Positions 12,191 through 23,122 of a DNA stretch of 64,000 nt are shown here, piece by piece. Source of the DNA: Octopus sinensis (Eukaryota); contig NC_042997.1 in NCBI RefSeq assembly GCF_006345805.1, positions 195,052,001-195,116,000 of the forward strand, written 5' to 3'. Numbering within the stretch: position 1 is the first letter of the stretch; the number at the start of each line of letters is the position of its first letter. The translations under genes and the position numbers were made by a program. The notes under the pieces were generated by a model. The model was not told the origin of the DNA, searched no databases, and saw only the letters and a list, made by a program, of their open reading frames with translations.

Positions 12191-13000
12191 CTGAAATCCT
12201 TCCCTATTTTTGAAACATATAGCTAGCTACCCATCTCAAGCCTGTTTCAAGAAATTTTAATCAATAAAAATTACAGCTGAGGTGAAAAGAGAATTATCAG
12301 TTTATAGATTAGTTTTGAATAAGAGAGGCAGAGGAGGTAACTCTGACATTTCAATTGCCATATTCAATCTATAATATGAATTGGACATGGGTGATCGTTG
12401 TATTCTTTCTTGTCTTGAGGTTCACAGCCAAACGACTGGGTGGATTCACATGAAAAATGGCACAGATGTGGAGACAGATGCATAGATTGGAATGCAGTTT
12501 GTATTTTTTTCCTAACCCCCATACTTACCGAGAAAATTGATTAAAACTTTTTCTAAGGGAATTTCCCTCTTTCTTCTGCCATTAAAACAACCAGTTGCTT
12601 AGAAGCTGTTTTCTGACGGGGTGGGGTGAGGAAATTTTCATATAGTTGGAGACTCCAATCAAAACAGGGGACCCGAAATGATAAGGTTGAGAAACGCTGT
12701 TATAGATTATGCCTAACTGAAAACGATCACAGCCACTTCATCCAAACAGACCAGGTGAAACTGGGCTTAGCTGCTAGTGCTATATAAGATATACATTTTT
12801 ATTGAAAGAAAATGTTTCAAAAAATCATCCCAGATCCTATATTTGATGTCTGGTTTCCCATAAGCCAGTATTGTCTGGGAAAAAAATAACCCTGGGTCCT
12901 AATGCAAAGTTGGATCTTCCATAAACTAATTTTGTCCCTGACTCTCATTTTTACATGAATATGTGTTGTTGAAATTAAGATGAGTCTAATATGACCATGA

Positions 13001-14130
13001 GTCAAATACAGTAATATTTATTGGTTTTAAATTTTGGCACAAGGCCGGCAATTTTGAAGGAGGGATAAGTCAATTACATCAACCCCAGTGTTCGACTGAT
13101 ACTTCTTTTATCGACCCTGAAAGGCAAAGTTGACATTGGTTGAATTTGAACTCAGAATGTAAAAATGAAATGACACTCAGCATTTAGCCTGGTGTGCTAA
13201 CAACTCCACCAGCTCGCCACCTTAGTCAAATACGGTAATATTGGTTTCAAATTTTGGCACAAGGCCAGCAATTTCATGGGAGATTGACAAGTCAATTACA
13301 TAAACCCCAGTGTTCAACTGGTACGTATTTTATTGACCTTGAAAGGAAGAAAGGTAATGTTGACCATGACAGAATTTGAACTCAGATTGTAAAGACAGAT
13401 GAAATACGGCTGAACATTTAGGTTGGCATGTTAACAATTCTGCCAGCTTGCTACCTTAATCAAATACAATAATATTTTCTTCTACTCTAGGCACAAGACC
13501 CGAAATTTGGGGTCAATTAGATTGACCTCAGTATGCAACTGGTACTTAATTTATCGGCCCCGAAAGGATGAAAGGCAAAGTCGACCTCAGTAGAATTTGA
13601 ACTCAGAATGTAAAGCCAGATGAAATACCGCTAGGCATTTCGCTCGGTGTGCTATCATTTCTGCCAGCTCACCGCCTTCAAATACAATAATATTCTTATC
13701 TCTTTACTGCCCACAAGGGGCTACACACAGAGGGGACAAACAAGGACAGACAAACGGATTAAGTCGATTACATCAACCTCCAGTGCATAACTGGTACTTA
13801 TTTAATCGACCCCGAAAGGATGAAAGGCAAAGTCGACCTCGGCGGAATTTGAACTCAGAACGTAGTGGCAGACGAAATACCTATTTCTTTACTACCCACA
13901 AGAGGATAAACACAGAGGGGACAAACAAGGACAGACAAATGGATTAAGTCGATTACATCAACCTCCAGTGCGTAACTGGTACTTATTTAATCGACCCCGA
14001 AAAGCTGAAAAGTAAAGTCGGCCCGGCGGAATTTGAACTCAGAACGTAACAGCAGATGAAATACTGCTAAGCATTTCGCCCGATGTGCCAACGTTTCTGC
14101 CAGCTCGCCGCCTTCAAATACAATAATATT
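13001..14130 (-). mobile_element. Four serial family A SINE insertions separated by copies of one 16-bp target
   Basis: caaatac(a/g)(a/g)taatatt starts at 13003, 13227, 13461, 13679 and 14115, with a minus-strand SINE between each pair. Confidence 0.85.
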
Positions 14131-14195
14131 GAAAACAGAATAATACCATTTCACGTTTTTTTCTCACTGGCAATAAGTAGAAGCATCTGGCTTAG

Positions 14196-14417
14196 CCCTT
14201 TACTGCTTGGATTATTCTGTTAAATCTAATGCTTTTTCACTCAAATTGTTTTGAATTAATCATGCATAATCTGAAAGCTTTGAGCTTTCAATGATGTGAT
14301 TGTTTACTTTTAAAATGTCAATGTAGGTTAGATGTGAGAGGTTAGATTTTGGTCAGTTTGAATATAAAATATGTGGAATATTTGTGCTGGATATGGCTGG
14401 TTTAAACATGAAATGGG
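14196..14417. mobile_element. piggyBac-like MITE (family also at 36682-36901 and 27202-27587)
   Basis: TTAA-CCCTTT...AAAGGG-TTAA termini are clearest in the 36682-36901 copy. The 27202 copy is interrupted by a SINE. Confidence 0.7.
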
Positions 14418-14667
14418 TAATCAAAAATACAAATCAAACACCTCAAAATAAAAATAAAATGATTGACGCAGAGCTAGGTTAGAAAAGCTGTAAAGAGCTT
14501 TTGTACCAGCATAAAGGGGACAAAAGTGAGTGATAGAATAAGTACCTGGTTTAAGAAAATAAGTGCTGGGGTTGATTCATTCGACTAAAAATTCTTTGAG
14601 GTGGTGCCCCAGCATGGACAAGTAAAAGAATAAAAGAATATGTGGACAAGTAAAAGAATAAAAGAAT

Positions 14668-15078
14668 AGGCGCAGGAGTGGCTGTGTGGTAAGTAGCTTG
14701 CTTACCAACCACATGGTTCCGGGTTCAGACCCACTGCGTTGCACCTTGGTCAAGTGTCTTCTACTATAGCTTCAGGCTGACCAATGCCTTGTGAGTGGAT
14801 TTGGTAGATGGAAACTGAAAGAAGCCTGTTGTATATATGTATATATATATATATATATGTATGTGTATGTATGTGTTTGTGTGTCTGTGTTTGTCCCCCT
14901 AGCATTGCTTGACAACTGATGCTGGTGTGTTTACGTCCCTGTCACTTAGCAGTTCGGCAAAAGAGACCGATAGAATAAGTACTGGGCTTACAAAGAATAA
15001 GTCCCGGGGTCGATTTGCTCGACTAAAGGCAGTGCTCCAGCATGGCCACAGTCAAATGACTGAAACAAGTAAAAGAGT
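14668..15078 (+). mobile_element. tRNA-SINE family B (representative copy)
   Basis: ggcgcaggagtggctgtgtggtaag...ggttcag(t/a)cccactgcg head with an internal microsatellite. Other copies near 25055, 26335, 28500, 33950, 39570, 47285, 48110, 54740, 57510, 61860. Confidence 0.85.
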
Positions 15079-15323
15079 AAAAGAGTGTATGTCTAGAGCC
15101 CCAACCTCTTCTCAGGACCCTTATAACCCCCCCCACCCATCCTAAGGAGTGGTACTGCCCACTTTGAGAAGCCCTGAATTTGAGCATTCAAGCAGACAGA
15201 AGCAATAATCAGTCCCAAGACGAAATACTTTTTGCCAGAAGGTTTATGGCAGACATAAGTATGAAATGAATTTTTAAAGCTGCTGAGACTTATTTCAAGG
15301 AAACATTATTCCATTCATAAATA

Positions 15324-16118
15324 TTGGGATGTCCCGAAAGTTCTTGCCAATTTTTAAAGGAAAGAAATACTTGCCATTACCCAAGCTTTACCTGGTGCTC
15401 ATGAACGACGGATTTTGATAGGTTGAGGCTTTCTGCCAATTCTTGGGTTGTGCAATGTGGGTTATTCTCAATTAATGACTTGATTTGGTCATCATCTGTA
15501 GTGGATGGTCTGCCTGATCGCTCTTTATCAATAAGGCTACAATCTCCAGCTCGGAACCTTGTGAGCCACTTCTGTACAGATAAAGAAACATTACCGTAAA
15601 CTGCGAATATTTCTTTGGTTGCTTGTGAAGCATTTTTCCCTTTACGGAAAAAGAAAAGCATCAAGTACCAAAAATGAACTTTCTTATCTTCCATTTTAAG
15701 GTGGTTTCATGGTGGTTTCATGGCAAAGAATTCATCAAGGTATCTTTTTACGTCATCCAAGGAATTGAAATTTTTACTATTAAGACTATTCTGCAGAGAC
15801 CTGAATAAGTGGAAATCCAAAGGAGCAATATCTGGTGAATATGGGGGGTGGGGTAACACATCCCAGCCGAGCTGCAGCAATTTTTGTCTGGTTCCCAAAG
15901 CATCAAGTGCCGAAAATGAACTTTCTTTTCTTCCATTTTAAAGGGTTACAGAATTAACACAAGTTATAGGAACATAAACCTTCTTCCACGAAAAGATAGC
16001 TTAAACTGTGCTCTAAATGGAGGTGTAGTCAAATCCTATTTTATGGAGTCAACCATGTTCTTAAATAAGTCAAAAGATAAGCTACTATAAATCGGCATGA
16101 ACTTTCCAGACAACCCAA
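15324..16118 (-). mobile_element. Rearranged mariner relic
   Basis: TIRs ttggg(a/t)tgtc..aaagttc with TA TSDs. HTH N-terminus (MEDKKVHF..RSGRP) and C-terminus (PHPPYSPDIAPLDFHLF) are present in permuted order. Confidence 0.85.
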
Positions 16119-17409
16119 TATAAAGGCTTGTGTGGCTGATTCTGCTATCCCCATGATAGGTAGATATAAGGGATTTGTTACTGAGTATTCCATGTTAGGT
16201 GATTGACCTATTTGGGATACTGATTACTCAGCATGGAATACAGTTCTTTAGCATGTCACTGAAACAAACTGAAATATTTCAAATTCTTTATGCACACAGA
16301 GAGGTTATCATCTTACTCTGTAGTGCCAATGGAAGCCAGGATAAGAAACTGCATGGCATCATTTGAATAGCCTGAATATTATTACGTCAGTGGTAATAAC
16401 CTCTTTCTTGAGATATAAGGTTACATTTTCCTCCTTGTAACTGTCTGTTCTGCTAATTAATCCTTTTGTTGCCCTATTGGAGTAGAGTAATTATTTTTTT
16501 TAAATTATGAAATATTTAGTAAACTATTTGAGTTATTAGTATACTGGTGTTTGGAACATAAATTAGAGTGAAATAAATATCAGAGATGCTTTGCTCTATG
16601 CAGAAATTTTAGGAGTTACTCAAAGATATTGTAAGCCCTTCTGAATCCATTGCACTGTTGGAAACCTTATTTTGAAGGAGGTTTTAATTTGCCACTCATG
16701 GTAATATTATGTTTATTACCCACAAGGGGCTAACCATAGAGGGGACAAACAAGGACAGACAAATGAATTAAGTCGCTTACATTGACCCCAGTGCATAACT
16801 GGTACTTAATTTATCGACCCCGAAAGGATGAAAGGCAAAGTCGACCTCGGCAGAATTTGAACTCAGAACATAACGGCAGATGAAATATGGCTATGCATGT
16901 CGCACGGCGTGCTAATGGTTCTGCCAGCTCGCCGCCTTACACACGGTAATATTATGGTGTTTTACTGATGCTGCTATGGTTGTTTGTTGACTCAATGAAA
17001 ATATCTTTCTTGGCTGCATGAAGAAGTAACCAAACAACACCAATGAACCTATAACAGAAGAATTTCTTGTTGCACATAAATACAAACCGCTTTTGCCATT
17101 TACAGTTAACAACAGCAATAATTACAGCCTGGGAGGGAGAGACTGCTTTGAGGTTATGAAAAGCTATTGGTATGGCAACATGCAGTTTGCCCAACATAAC
17201 TGGAACTAATTGAGCTATGTTCATGGCAACAGAGGTTCTTGGCCATCTGTTTGATCCATTAGTCTTGGCCAGGCCTGGCCAACTCGAATTACAGAAAGTG
17301 TTTTGAGGGTTGCTTTATACTTTATGCACCAATAGTCAAATAATCAAATTACAGAATCAAAAATTTTTTGTATTTTTTGTTTGTTTAAAATTACAAAATT
17401 GTAGGCTAT

Positions 17410-18271
17410 TGCTTTAATGCCAGCAGCCACCCTCTTGACCCAGGACAGTACTAGCTCCTCCGGGCACTTGATGTAGTCCTCTGCGTTGAGTCTGAGGTGA
17501 TGTGGGAAGATGAATGGAGACATAACGTTGCCATCACTAGTGATCACTCCAAACACCATGATGTTGACTGGATATTTGATTTTATCACTTTTGGTACACA
17601 TTTTGGGGACATGGCAAGCCAATGGTTGTTCTGTGTGTTCACCATCTAAACCTGTCAGGAATTTTACTTACCTGATAAGAACCAAAGCATATTCAGTTGG
17701 AAGGAATGCTTGAGTTTGTTCAAAAGCTTCATTGCGCAGTCTTTCCTCTTGTCCTTGATGACTTAGGATAAAAATTGGCCCTTTCTCCTCTTGTATGAGG
17801 AATACTGAATGTCTTCATGCACTATCTGCCTGATAAGAAACTCAGACACTCCCATGTCCCTGGTGATGGACTTGATTGACTTGGAGGGATCGTTGTCAAT
17901 AAATGCCCTCAATTTCACCAACAATTTCAGGAGTTCTTTTCTTATCAGAGCAACCAGAGTGAGTTTTCTGAGCTGCAGTACCTTTGCAATTGCCATTAGC
18001 CACTCTTTCTAAATCCTCTGCACTGTCCTCAAATTGACACCCAAACACACTGAAATGTTCATATTGGAGCTTCCCATGCGAATGCCAAGCAGTTCAGCAT
18101 GTCATTTCGAAATTTCTGGCAGAGTGAATTGCATCATGGTACTGTTTTTCTCACAGACGGTGCCCAACTGACCCTACTATACTGTGTAGTTGACAAAATC
18201 AAAAACAAACAATACGCACATGCGGAGAAATTGAAAATATAAAATGGTGACAATTTATCCATCACACCCTG
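17410..18271 (-). mobile_element. Tc1/mariner (maT/DD37D-like) transposase relic, 3' truncated
   Basis: 5' TIR cagggtgtgatggataaattgtcacc next to TA. Remnants IDNDPSKSIKSITRDMGVSEFLIRQIVHEDI and KYPVNIMVFGVITSDG..PFIFP. The left TIR was not found. Confidence 0.7.
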
Positions 18272-18328
18272 TATATTATATCCTATCACATTATATTATA
18301 TCCTATCACATTATATTATATTATATCA

Positions 18329-18821
18329 CTAGCTTAAAAGCCACACTCCATGCAGACTTTTAACCTAGCTCCTGCAGAGGGCTAATTGGCCTGCAATCCG
18401 AAACTAAAGAGAGCTTAGTAGCATGACCAGAGGTTAAGGACAGATGAGAATTAATTCTGTAATGCAATCATCCTATTGTTCCAGTCCTAGGTTGAATTCC
18501 AACTGTTGGCTAACTCGTCCCAAAGTTCTTATCTTGATGTAAAATTAATGAAACAAATGTCATTTGTCTGATCCTTGATCTCTGATGTCATCTGACAAAT
18601 GCCAACCAGGATGGCATGAATCAGCTAAGCTTTATCTGCTAGAAATAACAACCCCAAATGCTTTTAAATCAGATCCCGATGCAGGAGGTTCAAGAACCAA
18701 ATGAAGGGCAGATTTTCAATCCCAAGATCATCCTGATTCCAAAAAGGTATAATACATCTATGTAAACTGAGATACAGGGGTCCCAGACGGACAGACAGAA
18801 TTTCACTTTTATTATTGTAGA
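18329..18821 (-). mobile_element. Non-autonomous Helitron-like element
   Basis: Minus strand begins TCTACAATAATAAAAG and ends CTAG, with an imperfect ttaaaag/cttttaa hairpin and an A|T insertion site. Confidence 0.55.
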
Positions 18822-19199
18822 TATCATATCATTATTATATTATATTATATTATATTATATAACTTAATATAATAACTTAAACAAGTAATAGCGAGAGAGA
18901 GAGAGACAGACAGATGAAGGCAGTGAGCTGGCAGAAACGTTAGCACGCCGGGCGAAATGCTTAGTGGTATTTCATCTGCCGCTATGTTCTGAGTTCAAAT
19001 TCTGCCAAGGTTGACATCGCCTTTTATCCTTTCGGGGTCGATAAATTAAGTACCTGTTATGCACTGGAGTCAATGTAATCAACTTAATCCGTTTGTCTGT
19101 CCTTGTTTGTCCCCGCTATGATTAGCCCCTTGTGGGCAATAAAGAAATAAGACAGACAGAGAGAAACATAAAAATGTCTAATATCAGATAATTCAGTGT

Positions 19200-19420
19200 C
19201 AAATCACGATTCCAAATAATCAGCACCAACACAGCAGTGCCAAGATGTCTCATACCCACCATCATTAACTTGCTCATAATAAAAAAAAAACCATCAGCCA
19301 TGCTAATGAGATTTCTGTCATTCATTACAAAAGCATTCCAAAAGAGGGTTGTGTAAAAGGATTCCTTTTGTTTGTCAACTAAATCTGATTGTGATACACA
19401 TGCAGAGATAAACATCAATA
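19200..19420 (-). pseudogene. RTE-type apurinic endonuclease remnant
   Basis: ISACVSQSDLVDKQKESFYTTL..NDRNLISMA resembles the ISAYAPQ..EQKDxFY..L..D.IFVAGDFN motif of RTE APE domains. Confidence 0.5.
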
Positions 19421-19609
19421 TTGTGTTTGAATGACAAGTTTCAGTTTAATTATTCTATGACACACTCTATTTCAATTCTTTTATCTACCTTGTTTTTTCA
19501 GCCCAGAAATACAGCAATATTCCTGTTCCCACCACTCCTTTGCTGTTATCAACCACAAAGAACACTTTTTGTCTGAATGCATGCATGTGTGTATGTGTGT
19601 GTGTGTGTG

Positions 19610-19866
<257 letters not shown>

Positions 19867-19875
19867 ATATATATA

Positions 19876-20062
19876 TCTATTATATAAAATCCGTCCTGTC
19901 TGTCTGTGTGTGTGTCTTCTAGGATCTCGGGCATTCTCCATCCGATTGCACTGAAATTTGATATGTAGATACTGACGGTATCAGGGCGTGTATAAGTCTT
20001 GAAAAAATTACAAAAATCGATTCCAGGTGAGAATGCGATCAATAAAGCCGCGGGAACATGCA
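19876..20062 (+). mobile_element. Helitron-like 5' fragment
   Basis: A|TCTATTATATAAAAT start with a (CTGT) tract. The gaatgcgatc(a/g)ataaagcc segment recurs near 25460. Confidence 0.55.
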
Positions 20063-20168
20063 ACAGAACAGAAATGATATCGAGGCACCTGTTTCTGGGG
20101 TCTCCGTGATCCAAAATAATGTTTGTAGATTGATTCCATCATCGGATGAGAGGAGCCTCCATCATCAT

Positions 20169-20202
<34 letters not shown>

Positions 20203-20246
20203 ATATGTATATGTGTATTTATATATATATATATATATAAATACAC

Positions 20247-20290
<44 letters not shown>

Positions 20291-20509
20291 TTATCATATA
20301 GGGTGGCAAGGAAAATTTTGTAGAATTTTATTGCCACCAGCGGCCCAGTGGGAAAAATTAATAGTCATAGACCATTTTTAAGTTCAACATTAACAATTAA
20401 GGAACGGCCATAATAGGCCATTCACCCACTAGAAATAACAGCCAAAGCTTCTACCGCAAATAAAGATCATTCCGTAAACAGGAGAAAATTAAAAAACATT
20501 TACCCTGTA

Positions 20510-20615
20510 ATTTCTTGTACGGTTATACCGTTTCATCCGCTGTTTAATGGTAAACTAACCTGATTAATTAATCAAGCCAATCTTCCATAAGCCCTCGGAT
20601 TCTTCAGCAAGAAAT
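20510..20615 (-). ncRNA. Type I hammerhead ribozyme, unit 1
   Basis: Minus strand: atttcttg-CTGAAGA-atccg...cggat-GAAAC-ggtataacc-GTA-caagaaat. Stem I 8 bp, stem II 5 bp plus a long extension, stem III hairpin. Predicted cleavage between 20518 and 20517. Confidence 0.85.
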
Positions 20616-20997
20616 AGCTCAAGTCGGAACAGATATTTACACGAGGCATACCCAATCCTGCCAAGTCAATATCTGACCTAAAATTTTCAAATCGTCGCAC
20701 TCGCGCCAATTTATCGGCAGCAAATAAATATCAGCCGTCGATTCTATTACGGAATTAACCAAAAAATTCATAATTAATCAATATAGGGTGGCAAGGAAAA
20801 TTTTGTAGAATTTTATTGCCACCAGCGGCCCAGTGGGAAAAAATTAAATAGTCATAGACCATTTTTAAGTTCAACATTAACAATTAAGGAACGGCCATAA
20901 TAGGCCATTCACCCCTAGAAATAACAGCCAAAGCTTCTACCGCAAATAAAGATCAATTCCGTAAACAGGAGAAAATTAAAAAAACATTTACCCTGTA

Positions 20998-21101
20998 ATT
21001 TCTTGTACGGTATACCGTTTCATCCGCTGTTTAATGGTAAACTAACCTGATTAATTAACAAGCCAATCTTCCATAAGCCCTCGGATTCTTCAGCAAGAAA
21101 T
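20998..21101 (-). ncRNA. Type I hammerhead ribozyme, unit 2
   Basis: Same fold with intact core CTGAAGA/GAAA/GTA. Stem III is the perfect palindrome acggtataccgt. Predicted cleavage 21006/21005. Confidence 0.88.
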
Positions 21102-21483
21102 AGCTCAAGTCGGAACAGATATTTACACGAGGCATACCCAATCCTGCCAAGTCAATATCTGACCTAAAATTTTCAAATCGTCGCACTCGCGCCAAATTTA
21201 TCGGCAGCAAATAAATATCAGCCGTCGATTCTATTACGGAATTAACCAAAAAATTCATAATTAATCAATATAGGGTGGCAAGGAAAATTTTGTAGAATTT
21301 TATTGCCACCAGCGGCCCAGTGGGAAAAAATTAAATAGTCATAGACCATTTTTAAGTTCAACATTAACAATTAAGGAACGGCCATAATAGGCCATTCACC
21401 CACTAGAAATAACAGCCAAGCTTCTACCGCAAATAAAGATCAATTCCGTAAACAGGAGAAAATTAAAAAAACATTTACCCTGT

Positions 21484-21587
21484 ATTTCTTGTACGGTATA
21501 CCGTTTCATCCGCTGTTTAATGGTAAACTACCTGATTAAATAAATCAAGCCAATCTTCCATAAGCCCTCGGATTCTTCAGCAGAAAT
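21484..21587 (-). ncRNA. Type I hammerhead ribozyme, unit 3
   Basis: Core intact; 1-nt deletion in the 5' strand of stem I (possible sequencing error). Predicted cleavage 21492/21491. Confidence 0.8.
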
Positions 21588-21969
21588 AGCTCAAGTCGGA
21601 ACAGATATTTACACGAGGCATACCCAATCCTGCCAAGTCAATATCTGACCTAAAATTTTCAAATCGTCGCACTCGCGCCAAATTTATCGGCAGCAAAAAT
21701 ATCAGCCGTCGATTCTATTACGGAATTAACCAAAAAATTCATAATTAATCAATATAGGGTGGCAAGGAAAATTTTGTAGAATTTTATTGCCACCAGCGGC
21801 CCAGTGGGAAAAAATTAAATAGTCATAGACCATTTTTAAGTTCAACATTAACAATTAAGGAACGGCCATAATAGGCCATTCACCCACTAGAAATAACAGC
21901 CAAAGCTTCTACCGCAAATAAAGATCAATTCCGTAAACAGGAGAAAATTAAAAAAACATTTACCCTGTA

Positions 21970-22076
21970 ATTTCTTGTACGGTATACCGTTTCATCCGCT
22001 GTTTAATGGTAAACTAACCTGATTAAATTAAATCAAGCCAATCTTCCATAAGCCCTCGGATTCTTCAGCAAGAAAT
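21970..22076 (-). ncRNA. Type I hammerhead ribozyme, unit 4
   Basis: Core and all three stems intact. Predicted cleavage 21978/21977. Confidence 0.88.
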
Positions 22077-22252
22077 AGCTCAAGTCGGAACAGATATTTA
22101 CACGAGGCATACCCAATCCTGCCAAGTCAATATCTGACCTAAAATTTTCAAATCGTCGCACTCGCGCCAAATTTATCGGCAGCAAATAAATATCAGCCGT
22201 CGATTCTATTACGGAATTAACCAAAAAATTCATAATTAATCAATATATATAT

Positions 22253-22283
<31 letters not shown>

Positions 22284-22347
22284 TATATTTGTAAAAATGA
22301 AGTTCGAAAATGCTGCTGTATTATACAATTTTTAATTTTTATATATA

Positions 22348-22388
22348 CATTATAACATGTTTCAGTTCCTGAAATGAACCTTATCAAA
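22348..22388 (-). ncRNA. Degenerate hammerhead-like remnant (possible PLE pLTR relic)
   Basis: Minus strand: tTGATAA-GGTTC-atttcag-GAACT-GAAAC-AT-GTT. Stem II and palindromic AACATGTT present, two core substitutions, stem I weak. Confidence 0.4.
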
Positions 22389-22472
22389 AAAAGTTATATA
22401 TAAAAAGAGACAGCTCATACCGTCAAACACAAGAAATTCATTTATAATACACAACGGAGTCAGACATCTTAG

Positions 22473-22538
22473 AGTTCATGTATAGTTGATATATAGTTCA
22501 TGTATAGTTGATATATAGTTCATGTATAGTTGATATAT
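22473..22538. repeat. 3 x 22-bp minisatellite agttcatgtatagttgatatat
   Basis: Exact copies at 22473, 22495, 22517. Confidence 0.95.
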
Positions 22539-22751
22539 AGTTTGAAGTATATGTTCAAAGTGTTCGATGCAGTGGCCCACGGTGGCGATACGTATTCAAT
22601 ACAAAAAACAGAGCAAAGTGGTGGAAAGCGGTCAATACAGAAGATTGATGTTTCCAAAAGAGCGAGGAATTCATTTTTACCTTAAGCAATTGTGATGACC
22701 CATGGTGGAAGTTCGCTGGGTGGTTCTAGTGATTTTTTGTGAAATGCTTGG

Positions 22752-23122
22752 TTTTATAATGCCTGTTAGGTGGTCAATCTAGCGTAGCGTGACGTCATCA
22801 ATGTTTTGACCAATCGTTTCGTTAGGTGGCTTTAATCAAGTGGAACGGGACGTCATCATTATTTTGACCAATCGCTGCATTATAACTCCCTCTTGTTTGT
22901 TTCCTGTCTTGACCAGTCGCTTCGTTAGTCAAGCATAGCGGGATGTCATCCAGATTCTGCCCAATCACGACTTATAGCTACATTAGATCTGCCCCCTGTC
23001 TGTACTTGTTAGGTGACTATTCAAGCAGAAAAGGACGTCATCAATATTCTGACTAATGACTGTCCCCTGTTTGTATCCTGTCCATTCTAGCAGAGCTAGA
23101 CGTCATCAACTTGTTGACCAAT
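22752..23122 (-). promoter_or_regulatory. Promoter-like array: 5 x (CGTCA-N12-CCAAT) CRE/NF-Y modules plus TATAAAA
   Basis: CGTCA (or TGTCA) at 22793, 22851, 22944, 23036, 23101, each followed exactly 12 nt later by CCAAT (CTAAT in one). Full TGACGTCA at 22790. Minus-strand TATAAAA at 22752-22758. Confidence 0.65.

Larger units (their letters stand above)
20296..22245 (-). repeat. Tandem array of 4 near-identical ~486-bp units, each with a hammerhead ribozyme (retrozyme-like)
   Basis: Unit start atatagggtggcaagg recurs with its ggg at 20301, 20786, 21273 and 21757. Copies differ almost only by single-base indels in homopolymers. (TA)n flanks both sides. Confidence 0.95.

Noticed and set aside
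13001-14130. CRISPR-like repeat/spacer appearance
   Set aside because: The spacers are homologous SINEs of 200-420 bp, the repeats are TSDs, the context is eukaryotic, and there are no cas genes.
21055-22233. Repeated 66-67 aa ORFs (MNFLVNSVIES...) in the 486-bp units
   Set aside because: Short, broken by indels in other copies, no recognisable domain, and overlapping the structured RNA. Coding function is unsupported, though not excluded.
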